Below, in pieces: positions 27,370 to 38,100 of a stretch of DNA of 64,000 nucleotides. How positions within the stretch are numbered: position 1 is the stretch's first letter; each line of letters starts with the position of its first letter. The translations under genes and the position numbers were made by a program. The stretch comes from Eledone cirrhosa (Eukaryota), in NCBI GenBank assembly GCA_964016885.1, contig OZ024743.1:140802001-140866000 (forward strand). The letters run 5' to 3'. The notes beneath the pieces were generated by a model. The model did no database searches, had not been told where the DNA came from, and saw nothing but the letters and a program-made list of their open reading frames with translations.

Positions 27370-29190
27370 GTGTTTGGTGCTTGGTGCTTGGTGTTTGGTG
27401 CTTGGTGTTTGGTGCTTGGTGCTTGGTGCTTGGTGTTAGGTGTTTGGTGCTTGGTGCTTGGTGTTTGATGTTTGGTCCTTGGTGCTTGGTGTTTGGTGTT
27501 TGTTGCTTGGTGCTTGGTGTTTGGTGTTTGGTGCTTGCTGCTTGCTGCTTGGTGTTTGGTGCTTGGTGATTGGTGCTTGGTGTTTTGTGCTTGGTGCTTG
27601 GTGTTTGGTGTTTGGTGCTAGGGGCTTGGTGCTTGGTGCTTGGTGTTTGGTGCTTGGTGCTTGCTGTTTGGTGTTTGGTGCTTGGTGCGTGGGACTTAGT
27701 GTTTGGTGTTTGGTGCTTGGTGTTTGGTGCTTGGTGTTTGGTGCTTGGTGTTTGGGGCTTGGTGTTCGGTGCTTGGTGCTTGGTGCTTGGGGCTTGGTGT
27801 TTGGTGTTTGGTGCTTGGTGCTTGGTGTTTGATGTTGGGTCCTTGGTGCTTGGTGTTTGGTGTTTGGTGCTTTGTGTTTGGTGTTTGGTGCTTGGTGCTT
27901 GGTGTTTGGTGTTTGGTGCTTGGTGCTTGGGGCTTGGTGTTTGGTGCTTGGTGCTTGGTGTTTGGTGCTTCTGCTTGGGGCTTGGTAGTTGGTGCTTGGT
28001 GCTTGGTGCCTGGTGTTTGGTGCTTCGTGCTTGGTGTTTGGTGTTTGGTGCTTGGTGCCTGGTGCTTGTTGTATGGTGTTTGGTGCTTGGTGCTTGGTGT
28101 TTGGTGTTTGCTGCTTGGTGTCTGGTGTTTGGTGCTTGGTGTTTGGTGTTTGGTGCTTGGTGCTTGGTGCTTGGTGTTTGGTGTTTGGTGCTTGGTGCTT
28201 GGTGTTTGGTGTTTGGTGCTGGGTGCATGGAGTTTGGTGCTTGGTGCTTAGTGCTTGGTGTTTGGTGTTCGGTGCTTGGTATTTGGTGTTTGGTGTTTGA
28301 TGCTTGGTGTGTGGTGCTTGGTGCTTGGTGTTTTGTGTTCGGTGCTTGGTGGTTGGTGACTGGTGCTTGGTGCTTGGTGCTTGTTGTTTGGTGCTTGGTG
28401 CTTGGTGATTAGTGTTTGGTGCTTGGTGCTTGGTGTTTGGTGCTTGGTGTTTGGTGCTTGGTGCCTGGTGCTTGGTGTTTGGTGTTTGATGCTTGGTGTT
28501 TGGTGTTTGGTGTTTGGTACTTGGTGTTCGGTGCTTGGTGTTTGGTGCTTGGTGCTTGGTGTTTGGTGCTTGGTGTTTGGTGCTTGGTGCTTGGTGCTTG
28601 GTGTTAGGTGTTTGGTGCTTGGTGCTTGGTGTTTGATGTTTGGTCCTTGGTGCTTGGTGTTTGGTGTTTGTTGCTTGGTGCTTGGTGTTTGGTGTTTGGT
28701 GCTTGCTGCTTGCTGCTTGGTGTTTGGTGCTTGGTGATTGGTGCTTGGTGTTTTGTGCTTGGTGCTTGGTGTTTGGTGTTTGGTGCTAGGGGCTTGGTGC
28801 TTGGTGCTTGGTGTTTGGTGCTTGGTGCTTGCTGTTTGGTGTTTGGTGCTTGGTGCGTGGGACTTAGTGTTTGGTGTTTGGTGCTTGGTGTTTGGTGCTT
28901 GGTGTTTGGTGCTTGGTGTTTGGGGCTTGGTGTTCGGTGCTTGGTGCTTGGTGCTTGGGGCTTGGTGTTTGGTGTTTGGTGCTTGGTGCTTGGTGTTTGA
29001 TGTTGGGTCCTTGGTGCTTGGTGTTTGGTGTTTGGTGCTTTGTGTTTGGTGTTTGGTGCTTGGTGCTTGGTGTTTGGTGTTTGGTGCTTGGTGCTTGGGG
29101 CTTGGTGTTTGGTGCTTGGTGCTTGGTGTTTGGTGCTTCTGCTTGGGGCTTGGTAGTTGGTGCTTGGTGCTTGGTGCCTGGTGTTTGGTG
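27370..29190 (+). repeat. Segmental repeat, offset 1168 bp (167 units including one 6-mer)
   Basis: ORFs 27440..27832 and 28608..29000 have identical translations; TTCTGC at 27969/29137. Ends approximate. Confidence 0.85.
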
Positions 29191-32100
29191 TTTGGTGTTT
29201 GGTGCTTGGTGTATGGTGCTTGGTGCTTGGTGCTGGGTGGTTGGTGTTTGGTGCTTGGTGCTTGGTGTTTGGTGCTTGGTGCTTGGTGCTTGTTGTTTGG
29301 TGCTTGGTGCTTGGTGCTTGGTCTTTGGTGCATGGTGTTTGGTGTTTGGCGCTTGGTGCTTGGTGCTTCGTGATTGGTGCTTTGGGTTTGGTGGTTGGTG
29401 CTTGGTGCTTGGTGTTTGGTGTTTGGTGTTTGGTGTTCGGTGTTTGCTGTTTGGTGTCTGCTTTTTGGTGTTTGGTGTTTGCTGTATGGTGTTTGCTGTT
29501 TCGTATTTGGTTTTTGCTGATTGGTGTTTGGTGTTTGCTGTTTGGTTTTTGGTGTTTGGTGTTTGGTGCTTGGTGCTTGGTGCTTGGTGTTTGGCGTTTG
29601 GTGCTTGGTGCTTGGTGTTTGGTGCTTCGTGCTTGGTGTTTGGTGTTTGGTGCTTGGTGCCTGGTGCTTGTTGTATGGTGTTTGGTGCTTGGTGCTTGGT
29701 GTTTGGTGTTTGCTGCTTGGTGTCTGGTGTTTGGTGCTTGGTGTTTGGTGTTTGGTGCTTGGTGCTTGGTGCTTGGTGTTTGGTGTTTGGTGCTTGGTGC
29801 TTGGTGTTTGGTGTTTGGTGCTGGGTGCATGGAGTTTGGTGCTTGGTGCTTAGTGCTTGGTGTTTGGTGTTCGGTGCTTGGTATTTGGTGTTTGGTGTTT
29901 GATGCTTGGTGTGTGGTGCTTGGTGCTTGGTGTTTTGTGTTCGGTGCTTGGTGGTTGGTGACTGGTGCTTGGTGCTTGGTGCTTGTTGTTTGGTGCTTGG
30001 TGCTTGGTGATTAGTGTTTGGTGCTTGGTGCTTGGTGTTTGGTGCTTGGTGTTTGGTGCTTGGTGCCTGGTGCTTGGTGTTTGGTGTTTGATGCTTGGTG
30101 TTTGGTGTTTGGTGTTTGGTACTTGGTGTTCGGTGCTTGGTGCTTGGTGCTTGGTGCTTGGTGTTTGGTGTTTGGTGCTTGGTGCTTGGTGTTTGATGTT
30201 TGGTCATTGGTGCTTGGTGTTTGGTGTTGTGTGCTTGGTGCTTGGTGGTTGGTGTTTGGTGCTTGGTGCTTGGTGCTTGGTGTTTGGCGTTTCCTGTTTG
30301 CTGTTTGGTGTTTGGTGTTTGCTGTTTGGTGTTTGCTGTTTGGTGTTTGGTGTTTGGTGCTTGCTGTTTGGTGCTTGGTGCTTGGTGTATGGTGTTTGGT
30401 GCTTGGTGTTTGGTGCTCGATGCTTGGTGCTGGGTGTTTGGTGCTTGGTCCTTGGTGTTTGGTGCTTGGTGATTGGTGCTTGGTGTTTGGTCCTTGGTGC
30501 TTGGTGCATGGTCTTTGGTGCTTGGGTTTTGGTGTTTGGTGCTTGGTGCTTGGTGTTTGGTGCTTGGTGCTTGGTGCTTGGTGCTTGGTGTTTGGTGCTT
30601 GCTGCTTGGTGCTTGGTGTTTGGTGCTTGGTGCTTGGTGAGTAGTGTTTGGTGATTGGTGCTTGGGGTTTGGTGTTTGGGGCTTGGTGTTTGGTGCTTAG
30701 TGCTTGCTGTTTGGTGTTTGGTGTTTGGTTCTTGGTGCTTGGTGTTTGGTGTTTGGTGTTTGGTGCTTGGTGCTTGGTGCTTGGTGTTTGGTGCTTGGTG
30801 CTTGGTGCTTGGTGTTTGGTGCTGCGTGCTTGGTGTTTGGTGTTCGGTGCTTGGTGCCTGGTGCTTGTTGTTTGGTGTTTGGTGCTTAGTGCTTGGTGTT
30901 TGGTGTTTGGTGCTTGGTGCTTGGTGGCTGGTGTTTGGTGCTTGGTGTTTGGAGTTTGGTGCTTGGTGCTTGGTGCCTGGTGTTTCGTGCTTGGTGCTTG
31001 GTGCTTGGTGTTTGGTGTTTGGTGCTTGGTGTTTCGTGCTTGGTGCTTGGTGCTTGGTGTTTGGTGTTTGGTGCTTGGTGTTTGGTGTTTGGTACTTTGT
31101 GCTTGGTGCTTGGTGCTTGGTGTTTGGTGCTTGGTGTTTGATGCTGCGTGCTTGGTGTTTGGTGTTTGGTGCTTGGTGCTTGGTGTTTGGTGTTTGGAGC
31201 TTGGTGCCTGCTGCTTGTTGTTTGGTGTTTGGTGCTTGGTGCTTGGTGCTTGGTGTTTGGTGCTTGGTGCTTGGTGGCTGGTGCTTGGTGCTTGGTGCCT
31301 GGTGTTTCGTGCTTGGTGCTTGGTGCTTGGTGTTTGGTGTTTGGTACTTGGTGCTTGGTGCTTGGTGCTTGGTGTTTGGTGCTTGGTATTTGATGTTGCC
31401 TGCTTGGTGTTTGGTGTTTGGTGCTTGGTGCTTGGTGTTTGGCGTTTGGAGCTCGGTGCCTGGTGCTTGTTGTTTGGTGTTTGGCGCTTGGTGCTTGGTA
31501 TCTGGTGTTTGGTGCTTGATGTTTGGTGTTTGGTGCTTGGTGTTTTGTGTTTGGTGATTGGTGCTTGGTGCCTGGTGCTTGGTGCTTGGTGCTTGTTGTT
31601 TGGTGCTTGGTGCTTGGTGATTAGTGTTTCGTGCTTGGTGCTTGCGGTTTGCTGTTTGGTGCTTGGGGTTTGGTGCTTGGTGCTTGGTGCTTGGTGTTTG
31701 GTGCTTGGTGCTTGGTGTTTGGTGCTTGGTGCTTGGTGTTTGGTGTTTGGTGTTTGCTGTTTGCTGTTTGCTGTTTGGTGCTTGCTGTTTGGTGCTTGGT
31801 GCTTGGTGTTTGGTGTTTGGTGTTTTGTGCTTGGTGCTTGGTGTTTGGTGCTTGGTGCTTGGTGCTGGGTGTTTGGTGCTTGGTGCTTGGTGTTTGGTGC
31901 TTGGTGCTTGGTGCTTGGTGTTTGGTCCTTGGTGCTTGGTGCTTGGTCTTTGGTGCTTGGGTTTTGGTGTTTGGTGCTTGGTGCTTGGTGTTTGGTGATT
32001 GCTGCTTGGTGCTTGGTGTTTGGTGCTTGGTGCTTGGTGATTAGTGTTTGGTGATTGGTGCTTGGGGTTTGCTGTTTGGTGCTTGGTGCTTGCTGTTTGG

Positions 32101-35100
32101 TGTTTGGTGTTTGGTTCTTGGTGCTTGGTGTTTGGTGTTTGGTGTCTGGTGCTTGGTGCTTGGTGCTTGGTGTTTGGTGCTTGGTGCTTGGTGCTTGGTG
32201 TTTGGTGCTGCGTGCTTGGTGTTTGGTGCTTGGTGCTTGGTGATTAGTGTTTGGTGCTTTGTGTTTGGTGCTTGGTGTTTGGTGCTTGGTGCTTGGTGCT
32301 TGGTGCTTGGTGTTAGGTGTTTGGTGCTTGGTGATTGGTGTTTGATGTTAGGTTCTTGGTGCTTGGTGTTTGGTGTTTGGTGCTTGGTGCTTGGTGTTTG
32401 GTGTTTGGTGCTTGGTGCTTGGTGCTTGGTGCTTGGTGTTAGGTGTTTGGTGCTTGGTGCTTGGTGTTTGGTGCTTGGTGCTTTGTGTTTGGTGCTTGGT
32501 GTTTGGTGCTTGGTGCTTGGTGCTTGGTGCTTGGTGTTAGGTGTTTGGTGCTTGGTGATTGGTGTTTGATGTTAGGTTCTTGGTGCTTGGTGTTTGGTGT
32601 TTGGTGCTTCGTGCTTGGTGTTTGGTGTTTGGTGCTTGGTGCTTGGTGCTTGGTGCTTGGTGTTAGGTGTTTGGTGCTTGGTGATGGGTGCTTGGTGTTT
32701 GGTCCTTGGTGCTTGGTGCATGGTCTTTGGTGCTTGGGTTTTGGTGTTTGGTGCTTGGTGCTTGGTGTTTGGTGCTTGGTGCTTGGTGCTTGGTGCTTGG
32801 TGTTTGGTGCTTGCTGCTTGGTGCTTGGTGTTTGGTGCTTGGTGCTTGGTGATTAGTGTTTGGTGATTGGTGCTTGGGGTTTGGTGTTTGGGGCTTGGTG
32901 TTTGGTGCTTAGTGCTTGCTATTTGGTGTTTGGTGTTTGGTTCTTGGTGCTTGGTGGCTGGTGTTTGGTGCTTGGTGCTTGTTGTTTGGTGTTTGGTGTT
33001 TGGTGCTTGGTGCTTGGTGGCTGGTGTTTGGTGCTTGGTGTTTGGAGTTTGGTGCTTGGTGCTTGGTGCCTGGTGTTTCGTGCTTGGTGCTTGGTGCTTG
33101 GTGTTTGGTGATTGGTGCTTGGTGTTTGGTGTTTGGTACTTGGTGCTTGGTGCTTGGTGCTTGGTGCTTGGTGCTTGGTGTTTGATGCTGCGTGCTTGGT
33201 GTTTGGTGTTTGGTGCTTGGTGCTTGGTGTTTGGTCTTTGGAGCTCGGTGCCTGGTGCTTGTTGTTTGGTGTTTGGCGCGTGGTGCTTGGTGTTTGGTGT
33301 TTGGTGCTTGGTGCTTGGTGCTTGGTATCTGGTGCTTGGTGCTTGATGTTTGGTGTTTGGTGCTTGGTGTTTGGTGTTTGGTGCTTGGTGCTTGGTGTTT
33401 GGTGCTTGGTGTTTGGTGTTTGGTGTTTGATGCTTGGTGTTTGCTGCTTGGTGCTTGGTGCTTGGTGTTTTGTGTTTGGTGATTGGTGCTTGGTGCCTGG
33501 TGCTTGGTGCTTGGTGCTTGTTGTTTGGTGCTTGGTGCTTGGTGATTAGTGTTTGGTGCTTGGTGCTTGCGGTTTGGTGTTTGGTGCTTGGGGTTTGGTG
33601 CTTGGTGCTTGGTGCTTGGTGTTTGGTGCTTGGTGCTTGGTGTTTGGTGCTTGGTGCTTGGTGTTTGGTGTTTGGCGTTTGCTGTTTGCTGTTTGGTGTT
33701 TGGTGCTTGCTGTTTGGTGCTTGGTGCTTGGTGCTTGGTGCTTGGTGTTTGGTGCTTGCTGCTTGGTGCTTGGTGTTTGGTGCTTGGTGCTTGGTGAGTA
33801 GTGTTTGGTGATTGGTGTTTGGTACTTGGTGTTTGGGGCTTGGTGTTTGGTGCTTAGTGCTTGCTGTTTGGTGTTTGGTGTTTGGTTCTTGGTGCTTGGT
33901 GTTTGGTGTTTGGTGTTTGGTGCTTGGTGCTTGGTGCTTGGTGTTTGGTGCTTGGTGCTTGGTGCTTGGTGTTTGGTGCTGCGTGCTTGGTGTTTGGTGT
34001 TCGGTGCTTGGTGCCTGGTGCTTGTTGTTTGGTGTTTGGTGCTTAGTGCTTGGTGTTTGGTGTTTGGTGCTTGGTGCTTGGTGGCTGGTGTTTGGTGCTT
34101 GGTGTTTGGAGTTTGGTGCTTGGTGCTTGGTGCCTGGTGTTTCGTGCTTGGTGCTTGGTGCTTGGTGTTTGGTGTTTGGTGCTTGGTGTTTCGTGCTTGG
34201 TGCTTGGTGCTTGGTGTTTGGTGTTTGGTGCTTGGTGTTTGGTGTTTGGTACTTTGTGCTTGGTGCTTGGTGCTTGGTGTTTGGTGCTTGGTGTTTGATG
34301 CTGCGTGCTTGGTGTTTGGTGTTTGGTGCTTGGTGCTTGGTGTTTGGTGTTTGGAGCTTGGTGCCTGCTGCTTGTTGTTTGGTGTTTGGTGCTTGGTGCT
34401 TGGTGCTTGGTGTTTGGTGCTTGGTGCTTGCTGCTTGCTGCTTGGTGTTTGGTGCTTGGTGATTGGTGCTTGGTGTTTTGTGCTTGGTGCTTGGTGTTTG
34501 GTGTTTGGTGCTAGGGGCTTGGTGCTTGGTGCTTGGTGTTTGGTGCTTGGTGCTTGCTGTTTGGTGTTTGGTGCTTGGTGCGTGGGACTTAGTGTTTGGT
34601 GTTTGGTGCTTGGTGTTTGGTGCTTGGTGTTTGGTGCTTGGTGTTTGGGGCTTGGTGTTCGGTGCTTGGTGCTTGGTGCTTGGGGCTTGGTGTTTGGTGT
34701 TTGGTGCTTGGTGCTTGGTGTTTGATGTTGGGTCCTTGGTGCTTGGTGTTTGGTGTTTGGTGCTTTGTGTTTGGTGTTTGGTGCTTGGTGCTTGGTGTTT
34801 GGTGTTTGGTGCTTGGTGCTTGGGGCTTGGTGTTTGGTGCTTGGTGCTTGGTGTTTGGTGCTTCTGCTTGGGGCTTGGTAGTTGGTGCTTGGTGCTTGGT
34901 GCCTGGTGTTTGGTGTTTGGTGTTTGGTGCTTGGTGTATGGTGCTTGGTGCTTGGTGCTTGGTGTTTGGTGCTTGGTGCTTGGTGAGTAGTGTTTGGTGA
35001 TTGGTGTTTGGTACTTGGTGTTTGGGGCTTGGTGTTTGGTGCTTAGTGCTTGCTGTTTGGTGTTTGGTGTTTGGTTCTTGGTGCTTGGTGTTTGGTGTTT

Positions 35101-38100
35101 GGTGTTTGGTGCTTGGTGCTTGGTGCTTGGTGTTTGGTGCTTGGTGCTTGGTGCTTGGTGTTTGGTGCTGCGTGCTTGGTGTTTGGTGTTCGGTGCTTGG
35201 TGCCTGGTGCTTGTTGTTTGGTGTTTGGTGCTTAGTGCTTGGTGTTTGGTGTTTGGTGCTTGGTGCTTGGTGGCTGGTGTTTGGTGCTTGGTGTTTGGAG
35301 TTTGGTGCTTGGTGCTTGGTGCCTGGTGTTTCGTGCTTGGTGCTTGGTGCTTGGTGTTTGGTGTTTGGTGCTTGGTGTTTCGTGCTTGGTGCTTGGTGCT
35401 TGGTGTTTGGTGTTTGGTGCTTGGTGTTTGGTGTTTGGTACTTTGTGCTTGGTGCTTGGTGCTTGGTGTTTGGTGCTTGGTGTTTGATGCTGCGTGCTTG
35501 GTGTTTGGTGTTTGGTGCTTGGTGCTTGGTGTTTGGTGTTTGGAGCTTGGTGCCTGCTGCTTGTTGTTTGGTGTTTGGTGCTTGGTGCTTGGTGCTTGGT
35601 GTTTGGTGCTTGGTGCTTGCTGCTTGCTGCTTGGTGTTTGGTGCTTGGTGATTGGTGCTTGGTGTTTTGTGCTTGGTGCTTGGTGTTTGGTGTTTGGTGC
35701 TAGGGGCTTGGTGCTTGGTGCTTGGTGTTTGGTGCTTGGTGCTTGCTGTTTGGTGTTTGGTGCTTGGTGCGTGGGACTTAGTGTTTGGTGTTTGGTGCTT
35801 GGTGTTTGGTGCTTGGTGTTTGGTGCTTGGTGTTTGGGGCTTGGTGTTCGGTGCTTGGTGCTTGGTGCTTGGGGCTTGGTGTTTGGTGTTTGGTGCTTGG
35901 TGCTTGGTGTTTGATGTTGGGTCCTTGGTGCTTGGTGTTTGGTGTTTGGTGCTTTGTGTTTGGTGTTTGGTGCTTGGTGCTTGGTGTTTGGTGTTTGGTG
36001 CTTGGTGCTTGGGGCTTGGTGTTTGGTGCTTGGTGCTTGGTGTTTGGTGCTTCTGCTTGGGGCTTGGTAGTTGGTGCTTGGTGCTTGGTGCCTGGTGTTT
36101 GGTGTTTGGTGTTTGGTGCTTGGTGTATGGTGCTTGGTGCTTGGTGCTGGGTGGTTGGTGTTTGGTGCTTGGTGCTTGGTGTTTGGTGCTTGGTGCTTGG
36201 TGCTTGTTGTTTGGTGCTTGGTGCTTGGTGCTTGGTCTTTGGTGCATGGTGTTTGGTGTTTGGCGCTTGGTGCTTGGTGCTTCGTGATTGGTGCTTTGGG
36301 TTTGGTGGTTGGTGCTTGGTGCTTGGTGTTTGGTGTTTGGTGTTTGGTGTTCGGTGTTTGCTGTTTGGTGTCTGCTTTTTGGTGTTTGGTGTTTGCTGTA
36401 TGGTGTTTGCTGTTTCGTATTTGGTTTTTGCTGATTGGTGTTTGGTGTTTGCTGTTTGGTGTTTGGTGTTTGGTGTTTGGTGCTTGGTGCTTGGTGCTTG
36501 GTGTTTGGCGTTTGGTGCTTGGTGCTTGGTGTTTGGTGCTTCGTGCTTGGTGTTTGGTGTTTGGTGCTTGGTGCCTGGTGCTTGTTGTATGGTGTTTGGT
36601 GCTTGGTGCTTGGTGTTTGGTGTTTGCTGCTTGGTGTCTGGTGTTTGGTGCTTGGTGTTTGGTGTTTGGTGCTTGGTGCTTGGTGCTTGGTGTTTGGTGT
36701 TTGGTGCTTGGTGCTTGGTGTTTGGTGTTTGGTGCTGGGTGCATGGAGTTTGGTGCTTGGTGCTTAGTGCTTGGTGTTTGGTGTTCGGTGCTTGGTATTT
36801 GGTGTTTGGTGTTTGATGCTTGGTGTGTGGTGCTTGGTGCTTGGTGTTTTGTGTTCGGTGCTTGGTGGTTGGTGACTGGTGCTTGGTGCTTGGTGCTTGT
36901 TGTTTGGTGCTTGGTGCTTGGTGATTAGTGTTTGGTGCTTGGTGCTTGGTGTTTGGTGCTTGGTGTTTGGTGCTTGGTGCCTGGTGCTTGGTGTTTGGTG
37001 TTTGATGCTTGGTGTTTGGTGTTTGGTGTTTGGTACTTGGTGTTCGGTGCTTGGTGCTTGGTGCTTGGTGCTTGGTGTTTGGTGTTTGGTGCTTGGTGCT
37101 TGGTGTTTGATGTTTGGTCATTGGTGCTTGGTGTTTGGTGTTGTGTGCTTGGTGCTTGGTGGTTGGTGTTTGGTGCTTGGTGCTTGGTGCTTGGTGTTTG
37201 GCGTTTCCTGTTTGCTGTTTGGTGTTTGGTGTTTGCTGTTTGGTGTTTGCTGTTTGGTGTTTGGTGTTTGGTGCTTGCTGTTTGGTGCTTGGTGCTTGGT
37301 GTATGGTGTTTGGTGCTTGGTGTTTGGTGCTCGATGCTTGGTGCTGGGTGTTTGGTGCTTGGTCCTTGGTGTTTGGTGCTTGGTGATTGGTGCTTGGTGT
37401 TTGGTCCTTGGTGCTTGGTGCATGGTCTTTGGTGCTTGGGTTTTGGTGTTTGGTGCTTGGTGCTTGGTGTTTGGTGCTTGGTGCTTGGTGCTTGGTGCTT
37501 GGTGTTTGGTGCTTGCTGCTTGGTGCTTGGTGTTTGGTGCTTGGTGCTTGGTGAGTAGTGTTTGGTGATTGGTGCTTGGGGTTTGGTGTTTGGGGCTTGG
37601 TGTTTGGTGCTTAGTGCTTGCTGTTTGGTGTTTGGTGTTTGGTTCTTGGTGCTTGGTGTTTGGTGTTTGGTGTTTGGTGCTTGGTGCTTGGTGCTTGGTG
37701 TTTGGTGCTTGGTGCTTGGTGCTTGGTGTTTGGTGCTGCGTGCTTGGTGTTTGGTGTTCGGTGCTTGGTGCCTGGTGCTTGTTGTTTGGTGTTTGGTGCT
37801 TAGTGCTTGGTGTTTGGTGTTTGGTGCTTGGTGCTTGGTGGCTGGTGTTTGGTGCTTGGTGTTTGGAGTTTGGTGCTTGGTGCTTGGTGCCTGGTGTTTC
37901 GTGCTTGGTGCTTGGTGCTTGGTGTTTGGTGTTTGGTGCTTGGTGTTTCGTGCTTGGTGCTTGGTGCTTGGTGTTTGGTGTTTGGTGCTTGGTGTTTGGT
38001 GTTTGGTACTTTGTGCTTGGTGCTTGGTGCTTGGTGTTTGGTGCTTGGTGTTTGATGCTGCGTGCTTGGTGTTTGGTGTTTGGTGCTTGGTGCTTGGTGT

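Larger units (their letters stand above)
12636..36056 (+). other. Eight copies of the 6-bp deletion unit TTCTGC, always followed by TTGGGGC-TTGGTAG
   Basis: At 12636, 17864, 21356, 23924, 27969, 29137, 34862 and 36051. Each shifts the unit-start register by -1 (mod-7 phase 1,0,6,5,4,3,2,1, checked at each site). Confidence 0.95.

Noticed and set aside
30200-37120. TTGGTCA units (30200, 37114) matching cyanobacterial STRR2 TT(G/T)GTCA
   Set aside because: This is one variant copied by the 6914-bp duplication. STRR tracts are short and lie among genes, unlike a 64-kb gene-free array with a different consensus.
9871-37121. Very long minus-strand ORFs (up to 1390 aa) resembling mucin-like or repeat surface proteins
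   Set aside because: The minus strand has almost no T, so stop codons are intrinsically rare. Overlapping frames are open at the same time, there is no signal peptide, anchor or non-repeat terminus, and the amplified 1-bp deletions shift frames freely.
34994-37562. The offset 2568 bp recurs (20096/22664 and 34994/37562), and 451 units recurs (3157 bp in A; 57105/60255 in B), hinting at preferred lengths
   Set aside because: The module content differs (e.g. TGGGTGC-ATGGAGT is at 36.7 kb but not in 20-25 kb), and the second 2568 is simply 5725 - 3157. With many offsets examined, coincidence is plausible.
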